From a virus: 64,000 bases of DNA. The translations under genes and the position numbers were made by a program. Where the stretch lies: positions 1-64,000 of IMG/VR virus record IMGVR_UViG_3300049911_000129; one strand, given 5' to 3'. This document shows positions 44,041 through 52,913 of this stretch, piece by piece. Below the pieces are notes generated by a model that made no database searches, had not been told where the DNA came from, and was given only the letters and a program-made list of their open reading frames with translations. The stretch's first letter is position 1; each line of letters starts with the position of its first letter.

Positions 44041-44099
44041 GGGGCTTCTGCCCCTTGACCCGGCGACCGGCTTCGGCCGTCGGATGAACGGGCAGAAGG
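44041..44099 (+). ncRNA. Conserved leader stem-loop, copy C
   Basis: CTTCTGCCC...GGGCAGAAG perfect 9-bp outer stem; near-repeat of copy A. Confidence 0.6.
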
Positions 44100-44119
44100 T
44101 AGCGAAGGAGACGACGATT

Positions 44120-44272
44120 ATGGTTGACCCGAATGCGGTGCCGGTATGGCTGAGGCAGCTGCGCGAGGAGCAGAACGCGAAGCTGGAGGCCAGGATACCG
44201 CCAGAGAAGCGCGGGAGATTCCGCCTGGTCATGGCGGTCCTCCAGGCGCTGGACGAGCAGCAGAGGAGCTAG
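44120..44272 (+). CDS. Small hypothetical protein (50 aa)
   Basis: AAGGAG RBS after the stem-loop. Confidence 0.6.
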   Translation: MVDPNAVPVWLRQLREEQNAKLEARIPPEKRGRFRLVMAVLQALDEQQRS

Positions 44273-44274
44273 AC

Positions 44275-44673
44275 ATGGGCGACGAGGACGGCAAGGCAGA
44301 GGAGCAGGCGGTAGGGACGGCCGACGTCGGGCTCGCCAACGGGCGGTGCCCGTTCAGGGGCATAGTGCTAGGCGGAGGCGGCGACGCCCACACGTTCATG
44401 GTCGACGAGCGGTGCCCACCTGGCATCCCGGCCATGAGGGTTCGGGTGTATCTCGACAAGAACAAGCCGGACGAGGAGGTCCCCGGCGCGATGTTGGTGC
44501 CGGTACTGCGCGAGGGCACGCCGTGCTACGAGTGCATGGATACGCTTAGGCGCGAGGAGGAGGCGGGGTTCGGCAAGAGCAGGCACAAGATCAGCGACTT
44601 CAAGCCGGCGAGGCGGCGGGCATCCGGGCGGCGCAAGCCGCGGAGGAAGTATGGCTGGCAAGCGAGCCGATAA
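44275..44673 (+). CDS. Hypothetical protein
   Basis: GAGGAG RBS; basic C-terminus. Confidence 0.55.
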   Translation: MGDEDGKAEEQAVGTADVGLANGRCPFRGIVLGGGGDAHTFMVDERCPPGIPAMRVRVYLDKNKPDEEVPGAMLVPVLREGTPCYECMDTLRREEEAGFGKSRHKISDFKPARRRASGRRKPRRKYGWQASR

Positions 44674-44920
44674 GTCGAAGGTCTTCGGGACCTTCATGGT
44701 CAACCCGACGACGCAGCTCCGGGTCTCGACGCAGACGAACCCGAAGACCGGGGTGCGTTCGGTCAGCATCAGGAAGTATTGGCTTCCGGCCAGCGGGGAC
44801 CGGTTCCTGCCGACGAGGATAGGGGTCGAGATCTACCGCGAGCACGCGACGGGCGTGCTGGACGCCATCGTCGAGGCCGTCAGGGACCTGATGGCGGCGC
44901 CAGTCAAGGGAGGCATATGA
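44651..44920 (+). CDS. PC4/YdbC-like ssDNA-binding protein
   Basis: LRVS...VSIRKYW....FLPTRIGVEI pattern. Confidence 0.7.
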   Translation: MAGKRADKSKVFGTFMVNPTTQLRVSTQTNPKTGVRSVSIRKYWLPASGDRFLPTRIGVEIYREHATGVLDAIVEAVRDLMAAPVKGGI

Positions 44921-45114
44921 TGAGCAAGTGCGCATGCGGCGGGAACATGGTCAAGGTCTGGGACACGGAGCAGGACCTGCCGAGGGTGAAGTGCGACAAC
45001 CCAATGCACAGCCCGGCGCGCCGCTGGGAGGGTGAGGACGATCCCCTGATCCAGCTGCTGAAGACCCCGGGCGCGTTCGTCATGGACATGACAGATCCGG
45101 AAGGGATCCGATAG
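44917..45114 (+). CDS. Small Cys/His protein
   Basis: GGAGG RBS; CACG..CDNPMH. Confidence 0.5.
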   Translation: MMSKCACGGNMVKVWDTEQDLPRVKCDNPMHSPARRWEGEDDPLIQLLKTPGAFVMDMTDPEGIR

Positions 45115-45130
45115 CGAAAGGAGAATCGCC

Positions 45131-45760
45131 GTGGTGGCGATGCAAGCGATAGGCAAGAGTAGGGTCGGACGCGTGGGGTGTGGACACCCGGCGCCGTGCG
45201 GGTGCCCATACGGCGGCGCCTGCTGCGAGGACTGCGTACTGCCAGATTGTGTGCTGCCCGACGAGGTCGAGCTCCGCGGCGCTGCCAGGGCGCGCCCGTC
45301 GGTCGACAAGGTCATGATGATACTGGCGGGCATGCTAGCCGGTGGGCCACGGCCGCTGCCGGAGATACGGATGGCCGTGGAGGGCATAGGGTTCGGCGAA
45401 CGAACCCTGTACGCGGCGAAGGACACGCTCGGCATCGTCGGCCAGATGTCCCGCGCGGGCGGGCATCCGACGTGCCTGTGGGCGTTGCCGCCGCGGGCGA
45501 CCGAACCACTGGTGGAGGACGAGCCGGCCAAGCCGGCCGCCCCCGCGAGGACGGGGCGTATATTGAAGGTAGGGGACCCGTGTCCGCGCTGCCGCGGGCG
45601 GCTATTCAGCGAGCGGGGCGACCTCTACTGTCTGAACTGCGGGTACAGGGAGTCGGACGGCATCGATGCGGCGCTCGCGATGATCACGACTGAGCGTGCA
45701 CTTATCCGTCCCGTACCACTTCCTCTGGTTGCTAGAGGTGAGGAGGTCAGCGATGACTAG
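45131..45760 (+). CDS. Zn-ribbon and wHTH-like protein
   Basis: CPY..CCEDC; GPRP..EI..GFGERTLYAAK; CPRC..CLNCG. Confidence 0.55.
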   Translation: MVAMQAIGKSRVGRVGCGHPAPCGCPYGGACCEDCVLPDCVLPDEVELRGAARARPSVDKVMMILAGMLAGGPRPLPEIRMAVEGIGFGERTLYAAKDTLGIVGQMSRAGGHPTCLWALPPRATEPLVEDEPAKPAAPARTGRILKVGDPCPRCRGRLFSERGDLYCLNCGYRESDGIDAALAMITTERALIRPVPLPLVARGEEVSDD

Positions 45761-46217
45761 GATAGCCATCGTAGGCCCGAAGTCGGGCGTCAACTCGATG
45801 CGTGTGGTCAGCTACGTGCGCGACCTCCCGGTCGGGACGGTAGTGGTCTCGACGGGGGCGAAGGGCGTAGAGGAAACCGCGGCGTGGGCGGCCGAGGCAC
45901 GCAGCCTCGAGACGGTCGTCTGCCGACCCGACTGGGACCGCTTCGTCCTCGTCGGCGGCAGGGGCACCGACAAATGGGCCGCGCTCGACGCCATGAACAA
46001 CGACATCGTGGACAAGTGCGACGAGGTGCATGCGTTCCTGCACTGGGGCTCGAGGGACGGCCATGTGCTGTCGGTGGCGGCCAAGGCCCGGCGGCTCGGC
46101 AAGACGGTCATCGTCCGCTGGGACAACGGCAACGAGGCCATAGTCCCACGTCTGCCGCCCCCGCTGCGCGCGTCGCTCGCGCGATTCCTATTCCCATGGG
46201 AGGACGCGTCGCGATGA
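45753..46217 (+). CDS. SLOG-family (DUF2493/YspA-like) protein
   Basis: RIAIVG, VVSTGAKGV, PDW, N.DIVD.CD.V.AF, ARRLGK. Confidence 0.75.
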   Translation: MTRIAIVGPKSGVNSMRVVSYVRDLPVGTVVVSTGAKGVEETAAWAAEARSLETVVCRPDWDRFVLVGGRGTDKWAALDAMNNDIVDKCDEVHAFLHWGSRDGHVLSVAAKARRLGKTVIVRWDNGNEAIVPRLPPPLRASLARFLFPWEDASR

Positions 46218-46489
46218 AGGTAGGGGACTACATCCGGCCCAGGGACCGGAAGCGGCAGGACGAGGTCTTCCTGGTCGCGAGCATCGAGCTCGAGATAGAC
46301 GAGGGGTACCTCGCGAGGGGCGGCAACAGGCAGCTGGCGGCGATGCCGATACTGCAGCTGACGGCCCCGCCGGGGTCGCCGTATGGGGACCAGGTCCTGC
46401 GGTCGCCGTGGGACTTCGAGGTCATGACGGACCGGTCACCCAGGACGATGGGGAGGCTCAAGGCGGCTTGGCGCAAGCACGGGGTATAA
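46214..46489 (+). CDS. Hypothetical protein (tandem paralog 1)
   Basis: MKVGDYI..DEVFLV.SIEL.IDE..MP..L.AP. Confidence 0.65.
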   Translation: MKVGDYIRPRDRKRQDEVFLVASIELEIDEGYLARGGNRQLAAMPILQLTAPPGSPYGDQVLRSPWDFEVMTDRSPRTMGRLKAAWRKHGV

Positions 46490-46507
46490 TATGATCGGAG
46501 GCACGAG

Positions 46508-46786
46508 GTGAGGGTAGGGGACTGGATTCAGAATAGGGAGCGGCCGGACGAGGTATTCTTGGTCGAGGGCATCGAGCTCACGATCGACGAGACCCTGGTG
46601 CACGAGGCCGGCACGGGTCGGGGCTCGAGGCTACTGAGGCAGAGGGCGGTTATGCCGCTCATCGGGCTGAGGGCACCTACGGAGTCTTCGTACCCGGGCG
46701 GGTTCACGCAGTACCCGGCGGACTTCAGGGTCATATCGGTACAGGAGATGGAGGAGGTCAAGGCATCATGGCGAACGAGAAGCTGA
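46508..46786 (+). CDS. Hypothetical protein (tandem paralog 2)
   Basis: MRVGDWI..DEVFLV.GIEL.IDE..MP..L.AP. Confidence 0.65.
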   Translation: MRVGDWIQNRERPDEVFLVEGIELTIDETLVHEAGTGRGSRLLRQRAVMPLIGLRAPTESSYPGGFTQYPADFRVISVQEMEEVKASWRTRS

Positions 46787-47229
46787 GCCTACCGCCGGCG
46801 GTCATCCGCGCGCTGGCGGCGAGGGCGGTGGAGGTGGACTCGCTGGACGCGGAGATCAAGGCGAAGTCTGCCCGCATGGCGCTGCTGCGCGGCGAGATAC
46901 GGGAGACCGTCGAGAAGTACGTCGACCTGGTGCCGCTCGTCGGGGCCAGCAGGATCATCCCGCTGTCCACGGTCGGACGGCAGATCCGCGTGACGTACAC
47001 GACCGGGACGCCCGGCATGGACTACGGCGCGCTCCAGTCGAAGATCGGCGACCGGGTCTTCGCGCGAATCACCAAGGCGACCGCGTGGGAGCTGGACGTT
47101 GACAGGGTGAACAAGGCCATCGAGCGCGAGGAGCTCAAGGAGTCCGACCTCGTGGCCTGCGTTACGGAGGCACCGGCGCGCAAGCCGTCAGTCTACGTGG
47201 ACGACCTGAAGGGGGCAGAGGTATTATGA
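46768..47229 (+). CDS. Hypothetical protein
   Basis: GGAGG RBS; coiled-coil N-terminus. Confidence 0.6.
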   Translation: MANEKLSLPPAVIRALAARAVEVDSLDAEIKAKSARMALLRGEIRETVEKYVDLVPLVGASRIIPLSTVGRQIRVTYTTGTPGMDYGALQSKIGDRVFARITKATAWELDVDRVNKAIEREELKESDLVACVTEAPARKPSVYVDDLKGAEVL

Positions 47230-47516
47230 GCGATGACATCGATGGCACGGTCATAGTCGAGGTCTCGGTGCATACCGTTGGCCGCCCGCTGGTGGCCAAG
47301 GTCCGCGACTTCTCCAACTTCACGACGCTGGAGATCCTGGTCAGTGGGGGGCCAACACGCCCGGACCAGAAGATCGCGTTCTTCATCGGGCACCACGACG
47401 ACGCACAGCTCGAGGCCGTGGTCAACGGCATCCTCGAGGCCAGGCCGGAGCTCAGGGAGAAGCTGGTGCGAGAGGACACGGGTCCGGAGGAGGCGGTAGG
47501 CGATGGGCAGGCGTAG
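47226..47516 (+). CDS. Hypothetical protein
   Basis: ATGA coupling. Confidence 0.55.
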   Translation: MSDDIDGTVIVEVSVHTVGRPLVAKVRDFSNFTTLEILVSGGPTRPDQKIAFFIGHHDDAQLEAVVNGILEARPELREKLVREDTGPEEAVGDGQA

Positions 47517-47946
47517 GCGCATAGCGGACGGCGACCCGCTGCCGACCAAGGTGACGGTAGACGTCTGCCAGTGGTGCGCGGCGCGCGGCCTGCCGTGCGA
47601 GAAGTATGACATCCCCGAGCTCGGGCTGTCGCAGCTAAGCTGGGAGGTCGCGGCGAGGATCGCCCTCGCCTGGAACGACGGCAACGACCTCAGCCTCATA
47701 CTCCGGCGGATCCAAGGGGCGATGGCGTCGAGGGGCAACCTCTCGGACAAGCAGGTGCTCAGCGAGATCCAGTCGGCGCTCATGGCCGGCCTCGGGCCGG
47801 CGGCGGAGGGGTCGCTCTACGGGCGGCCGCTGTCCGAGTGGCTGGCGGTCGGGCGCGCGATGCAGGAGTTCGACATCCACGACGCGGACGAGCTGCGCCG
47901 GCGGATGATCTACCTGAAGGGCGTGATTGCGATGGTGGCGAAGTGA
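47503..47946 (+). CDS. Hypothetical protein
   Basis: GGAGG RBS. Confidence 0.55.
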   Translation: MGRRRRIADGDPLPTKVTVDVCQWCAARGLPCEKYDIPELGLSQLSWEVAARIALAWNDGNDLSLILRRIQGAMASRGNLSDKQVLSEIQSALMAGLGPAAEGSLYGRPLSEWLAVGRAMQEFDIHDADELRRRMIYLKGVIAMVAK

Positions 47947-48350
47947 GGCTGATCAGTTGGCTGCAGGACAGGTGGTACGCCGCGAGGTGCTTCGTGCAGC
48001 GCGGCCGCCGCGGCTGGTCGGACGGCGACTGGTGGGTGGGGTACTCATACTTCGGGCGCGTCATGGTCGGTATGCTGACGGAACTGCGGGACAAGGGCCA
48101 CGGCTATTGGTGCCCGGACATGCCGTTCCCCAGCAGCTTCTCCCAGGGCGTCGCGTGCGACGATGACGACGCCGACAACGAGTGTCGCCGCTGGTGGCGG
48201 GAGACGCTGACGACGATGATCGAGGGCTTCGAGCGGATGGCCACCGCCGAGGATCTGCTCGGCGACGCCTGGGCGAACCCGGAGACCGATCCGCAGATCA
48301 TCGAGGCGCTCAGGCTGTTCGCGCTGTACTGGCCGGCGCTGTGGGACTGA
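47943..48350 (+). CDS. Hypothetical phage protein
   Basis: QRGRRGWSD.D.W...EALRLFA.Y..ALWD pattern. Confidence 0.65.
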   Translation: MRLISWLQDRWYAARCFVQRGRRGWSDGDWWVGYSYFGRVMVGMLTELRDKGHGYWCPDMPFPSSFSQGVACDDDDADNECRRWWRETLTTMIEGFERMATAEDLLGDAWANPETDPQIIEALRLFALYWPALWD

Positions 48351-48353
48351 ACG

Positions 48354-49007
48354 ATGCACACGAGCATTAGGCTAGATGCGCTGAGGCTGCCGCTGGCAGA
48401 CGAGAGCGTCGACACCATCATCACGGACCCGCCGTGGCACTTCGACCGGCGCGTTAGCGCGAGGGCGAAGGCCGTCAAGGCGACGGACTACCCCATCCTG
48501 GAGGACCACCAGATGCGGGAGGCGATCGCCGAGGCGTGCAGGGTCCTCAAGCCCGGCGCGCACCTCTATGTGTTCTGCCCCGAGCAGAAGCTCGGCTGGC
48601 TGCTTGGCAACTACCCCCTGATGCTGGAGCACTTCCATACGCTCGTCTGGGTGAAGACGCGCAAGGATGGGACAGACTTGAGGATCGGGCTTGGGCATTC
48701 GTATCGCGTCGCGCATGAGTTCATCGTGTGCTTCTGGCGGCGGTCGTATGACGACGTCAGCGCCGAGATGGCAGGTAAGCCGGTGAAGTTGCGCCGGCGG
48801 CCGCTCATGACTAAGTCTGTTCCGACTGTGTTCTTCGCCCCGCCGATCGGCGGGTCGCGCAAGCCGCCGGAGATCTACGCCGCGCTGGCCCGGGCGAGCA
48901 CGCCGCCGGGTGCTGTCATCCTGGACATGTTCGCGGGGCTTGACCCCCTCGGGCAGGCCGGGTTGGACGGGTATGTTACTGTCAGCGGAGACATCAGAGC
49001 ATGGTGA
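48354..49007 (+). CDS. DNA amino-methyltransferase (N6-A/N4-C, beta class)
   Basis: SVDTIITDPPW, RVLKPG, LVWVK, HEF, KP..., ILDMFAG. Confidence 0.8.
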   Translation: MHTSIRLDALRLPLADESVDTIITDPPWHFDRRVSARAKAVKATDYPILEDHQMREAIAEACRVLKPGAHLYVFCPEQKLGWLLGNYPLMLEHFHTLVWVKTRKDGTDLRIGLGHSYRVAHEFIVCFWRRSYDDVSAEMAGKPVKLRRRPLMTKSVPTVFFAPPIGGSRKPPEIYAALARASTPPGAVILDMFAGLDPLGQAGLDGYVTVSGDIRAW

Positions 49008-51637
49008 ATGACGGTGAGGCTCCGCGCTACAAGCCGCGGACCGACAGGCAGCTGAACGACGTCCGGAACCTGGAGGCGGAGGATGTGCCGCCCCTGACTC
49101 CGGGCGCTACCGCGTTGCGGCGGGACGTGCGCAACCCGCGGTGCGAGGCGTGCCCGCTGTCGCAGGGGGTTCTCAACGTCTGCATGATGGGCGACGGGCC
49201 GGTCCCCGCCGACGGGATGATCATCGGTTCGGCCCCGGGACTGGTGGACGACAGGGTCGGGAGCCCGCTGCGCAATGAGCCCGGGATCTACCTGGACGAG
49301 ATACTCGCCGACGCCGGGGTGGCGCGAGACGACGTCTATGTGACGAGCGCGGTCAAGTGCGCTCCGCCGGCCGCCGGCAACAGGGACGCGGACATTAAGA
49401 AGGCGATCAAGCCGTGCGGCGTCTACCTCAGGCGGGAGATCGAGGCAGTGAAGCCGAAGGTCATCCTCCTCATGGGCGCACCGGCGCTCAAGGCCATCAC
49501 CGGCAAGGAGGCAGTGACATCGGCCAGGGGGCAGGAGTACTTCGACGAGGACCTCAAGGCGTGGGTCATCGTATCGATGCACCCGTCGTGGGTCCTAGAG
49601 CACCCCAACGGCCACGACAACTTCTATGGCGACGTCGGGAGGTTCGTGCGCAGGCTCCGCGGGGAGGCGCCACCGGCCGACCCGGAGGTCAGGATCTGCA
49701 TGACGCGCGAGGAGGTGGATCTCTGCCTCGCGAGGTTCGAGAAGGCCGGCCCGTTCAGCTGCGACCTCGAGACCCAAGGCTTCTTCGACTTCAGGACCGG
49801 CGCCAAGATATGGATGCTCGCGCTGTCGGACGACCCGCAACTGGGCTTCGTCATCCCGCTCGAGCACCCTGAGTCGCCGTGGGTTGGGCACGAGTCATAC
49901 CTGCGAGACCTGTGGACCCGCATCGGCGCGCTGCTCGAGGGCGGCAAGACGGTGTGGCACAACGCCAAGTTCGACTCGCGGTGGACATACCGCCGCGGCA
50001 TCACACCGAACGTCTGGTTCGACACGGCCACCGCGGCCCACCTGCTGGACGAGAACAGGCCGATAAACCTCGAGGACCTGGCGGTCTCCGAGCTCGGCGC
50101 GTCGCGCTGGGGCAAGGGCAAGATCAAGTTCGATCCGCCCGATCCGCTCGAGAAGATGGCCATCTACTCCGGCGTCGACGTCGCGCATACGCACGGGCTC
50201 TACATGAAGTTCCGCGAGAAGCTAGGGGCGGACCAGCAGCTCGCCAGGCTGTACAAGTACGCCTGCCTACCGGGGGCGGCCGCGCTCTGCAAGGCAGAGG
50301 TGCACGGCATATGGCTCGACCAGAAGCGGCTGGAGACGCGCGAGGGCGAGACAAAGGTACTCGTGGCGGAGACGGTCGAGAAGCTGTACAACTTCGTCCC
50401 GCCGGCGATGCTCGGCGACGCGGAGGCCCAGGCGGCGAAGTCGAAGCTCGGGCACCCGTTCGGGTCGAGCTCGACATTCCTCCTGGAGTGGCTGTTCGGG
50501 GAGGCGGGCCTCGGGGTCAAGGCGCACAGGCTGACGCCGAAGAAGAAGGCGCCGGCGACCGACAAGAGCGCCCTCGACGAGCTCGCGGGCCAGCACCCGG
50601 CGATCGACCTCGTGCTGATGCTCAGGCACGCCGAGAAGCAGATCACCTTCTTCAACCAGTGGAAGGAGTTCTTAGGACCCGACGGCAGGCTGCACCCGTT
50701 CTTCAACATGGTCGGCACCGTGACCGGCCGGAGGAGCTGCGCCACGCCGAACCTGCACCAGGTGCCGCGTGAGGTCTACTTGAAGTCCATCTTCGGCGCG
50801 CCTCCTGGGTGGCGGTTCATCGACGCTGACTACTCGCAGGTCGAGCTGCGCATCGCGGCGTTCCTGTCCGGCGACCCGATCATGCTGCTGGCGTTCCAGT
50901 TGGGGCGGGACATCCACTCCCTGACGGCGGCGCAGGTGACCGGCAAGTTCGGGAAGCTGGTAGACCGGTTCGGCCTCGCCGGGCAGGGCATAGAGGACCT
51001 GCTCCACCACGATGACTTCATGGCCGCTATAGAGTCGGCGGTCACCAAGGTCGAGAGGGATATGGCCAAGGCGGTCAACTTCGGGTTCCTCTTCGGCATG
51101 GGCGCCCGCGGGTTCCAGGTGTACGCGAAGGAGAAGTACGGGCTGACCGTCTCGCTCGAGGAGGCGACGGCGTTCCGGGCCATGTTCTTCGGCCTGTACC
51201 GCGAGCTCCTGTCGTGGCACGCGCGGCAGAAGGCGATCCTGCGGAAGTCGCTGGAGGTCAGGGACCCGGCCGGTCGGCTGCGGCACCTGGCGACCATCAT
51301 GTCGGTCGACGAGGGGCTACGCGCAGAGGCCGAGCGGCAGTCCATCAACTCCCCGGTGCAGGGGTTCGGCGGCGACTTGACGCTGACGTCAGAGGGCATC
51401 TTCGGGCTCGAGCTGGACTGGGACGAGTGCAGGATGGTCGGCGAGGTCCATGACTCGATACTGTTCGAGGTCAGGGAGGACCTGGTTGACAAGTGGGTAC
51501 CCGTCATAAAGAAGGTCATGGAGTACCCCGAGCTGCGTGAGCGATTCGGACTGGAGTTCACCGTCCCGCTGGTCGCCGACGTCAAGGTCGGCCAGCATTG
51601 GGGCGAGTGCGAGCTGTGGCGGGAGAAGGCCGCATAG
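49001..51637 (+). CDS. polA: Family A DNA polymerase with N-terminal family-4 uracil-DNA glycosylase domain and 3'-5' exonuclease
   Basis: CEACPL, KC.P, MHPS (UDG); DLET, HNAKFD (exo); TGRRS, DYSQVELR, AKAVNFG, NSPVQG, VHDSI (polymerase). Confidence 0.95.
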   Translation: MVNDGEAPRYKPRTDRQLNDVRNLEAEDVPPLTPGATALRRDVRNPRCEACPLSQGVLNVCMMGDGPVPADGMIIGSAPGLVDDRVGSPLRNEPGIYLDEILADAGVARDDVYVTSAVKCAPPAAGNRDADIKKAIKPCGVYLRREIEAVKPKVILLMGAPALKAITGKEAVTSARGQEYFDEDLKAWVIVSMHPSWVLEHPNGHDNFYGDVGRFVRRLRGEAPPADPEVRICMTREEVDLCLARFEKAGPFSCDLETQGFFDFRTGAKIWMLALSDDPQLGFVIPLEHPESPWVGHESYLRDLWTRIGALLEGGKTVWHNAKFDSRWTYRRGITPNVWFDTATAAHLLDENRPINLEDLAVSELGASRWGKGKIKFDPPDPLEKMAIYSGVDVAHTHGLYMKFREKLGADQQLARLYKYACLPGAAALCKAEVHGIWLDQKRLETREGETKVLVAETVEKLYNFVPPAMLGDAEAQAAKSKLGHPFGSSSTFLLEWLFGEAGLGVKAHRLTPKKKAPATDKSALDELAGQHPAIDLVLMLRHAEKQITFFNQWKEFLGPDGRLHPFFNMVGTVTGRRSCATPNLHQVPREVYLKSIFGAPPGWRFIDADYSQVELRIAAFLSGDPIMLLAFQLGRDIHSLTAAQVTGKFGKLVDRFGLAGQGIEDLLHHDDFMAAIESAVTKVERDMAKAVNFGFLFGMGARGFQVYAKEKYGLTVSLEEATAFRAMFFGLYRELLSWHARQKAILRKSLEVRDPAGRLRHLATIMSVDEGLRAEAERQSINSPVQGFGGDLTLTSEGIFGLELDWDECRMVGEVHDSILFEVREDLVDKWVPVIKKVMEYPELRERFGLEFTVPLVADVKVGQHWGECELWREKAA

Positions 51638-51722
51638 CCGCCCGCTGACGGCGCGGCCGCCGGCGATCGCGGTATGATAATGAAGGCGCGGGCGTGCGAG
51701 ACGCTGGAAGGGAAATGGTACG

Positions 51723-51938
51723 ATGGACATACCAGTCAGGCTAGCCCGGAAGGGCGGCAACGCCGGTGAAAAGCAGGCCGGGGTCTACTACGGTCGGCTC
51801 GTCGGCATCGTGTACGCACCACCGGAGGACGACGTCTTCGGGGTGGTGATCATAGAAGATGGGATCTTCAGGCTGGTCCAGCTTGACCAGCTGAGGGCGG
51901 TTGACATGTCCGATCCCCCCGACGGTACGGAAGTATAG
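51723..51938 (+). CDS. Hypothetical protein
   Basis: Follows the AT-rich motif at 51670. Confidence 0.5.
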   Translation: MDIPVRLARKGGNAGEKQAGVYYGRLVGIVYAPPEDDVFGVVIIEDGIFRLVQLDQLRAVDMSDPPDGTEV

Positions 51939-51941
51939 AGG

Positions 51942-52175
51942 ATGACGAATGTCGATCTGGTCATGGCGCCCAGGTACCAGCGTGTACGCGCCATTGACAG
52001 CCCCGACAACAGGGAGCGCGGCTTCGCAGGCAAGTGCGGTGAGATCCGGCACTACTCGTTTGGCGCGCAATCCTGGATGACCCCTGACGTACCACCAAAG
52101 TCGTACGTCGACGTCGCGTTCGACGACGGGGCGTATGGGGTCAACATCTACGGTACAGAGCTGGAGGTCGAGTGA
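51942..52175 (+). CDS. Hypothetical protein
   Basis: Tight packing. Confidence 0.5.
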   Translation: MTNVDLVMAPRYQRVRAIDSPDNRERGFAGKCGEIRHYSFGAQSWMTPDVPPKSYVDVAFDDGAYGVNIYGTELEVE

Positions 52176-52897
52176 TGGACGCACCGGAGTACCCGAAGAT
52201 CAAGACGCTGTGGGTCCGCGGCGAGGACCACAAGGTCATACCGTGGGGCTGGAGCCAGCCGGAGTTCGGGTACCTCCGCGACTGCCAGTGGGAGTTGACC
52301 GAGAAGGTCGACGGGACGAATATCCGCGTGGCGCTGGAGCCGTTCCCGGAGTCGGGTGGGAATCCGTTTGACGACTGGTTCCTCGGCCTCTACGGGCGCA
52401 CGAACGCCGCGGATATCCCGCCGTTTCTGGCGGACAAGCTCATGAGGCTGTTCACGGCAGACAATCTGAAGGCGCTCTGGCGCGGTCAGAAGGACTGCAA
52501 GGAGTGCGGCGGCTTCGGTCGCGTCGGTCCGGCGACCTGCGGGTGCGTCGTGCCGTACCCGATCACCCTCTACGGCGAGGGGTTCGGGGAGCGGATACAG
52601 AAGGTCGGCCACAAGTACATCCCCGACGGCGTCGACTTTACGCTGTTCGACGTCAGGGTCGGCGACGTGTGGCTGAAGCGCGAGGACGTCTACGAGGTAG
52701 CCGATAGGCTGGGGATCTCGCGCGTGCCGGTCGTGAAGGTGGCGACGCTGCATGAGGCGGCCGTCATGGTGCGCAATGGGATCCGATCGGCCTGGGGCGA
52801 CTTCGAGGCCGAGGGCGTGGTGGCGCGGCCGACGGTCGAGCTGCAGACGCGGTTCGGCCGGCGGGTCATAGGCAAGCTGAAGACGAAGGACTTCTAG
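52172..52897 (+). CDS. RNA ligase (Rnl2-like nucleotidyltransferase)
   Basis: YPKI, TEKVDGTN (motif I), LYGE, LFDV, EGVV, KLK. Confidence 0.85.
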   Translation: MMDAPEYPKIKTLWVRGEDHKVIPWGWSQPEFGYLRDCQWELTEKVDGTNIRVALEPFPESGGNPFDDWFLGLYGRTNAADIPPFLADKLMRLFTADNLKALWRGQKDCKECGGFGRVGPATCGCVVPYPITLYGEGFGERIQKVGHKYIPDGVDFTLFDVRVGDVWLKREDVYEVADRLGISRVPVVKVATLHEAAVMVRNGIRSAWGDFEAEGVVARPTVELQTRFGRRVIGKLKTKDF

Positions 52898-52913
52898 GAA
52901 AGGCAGGCACGGG

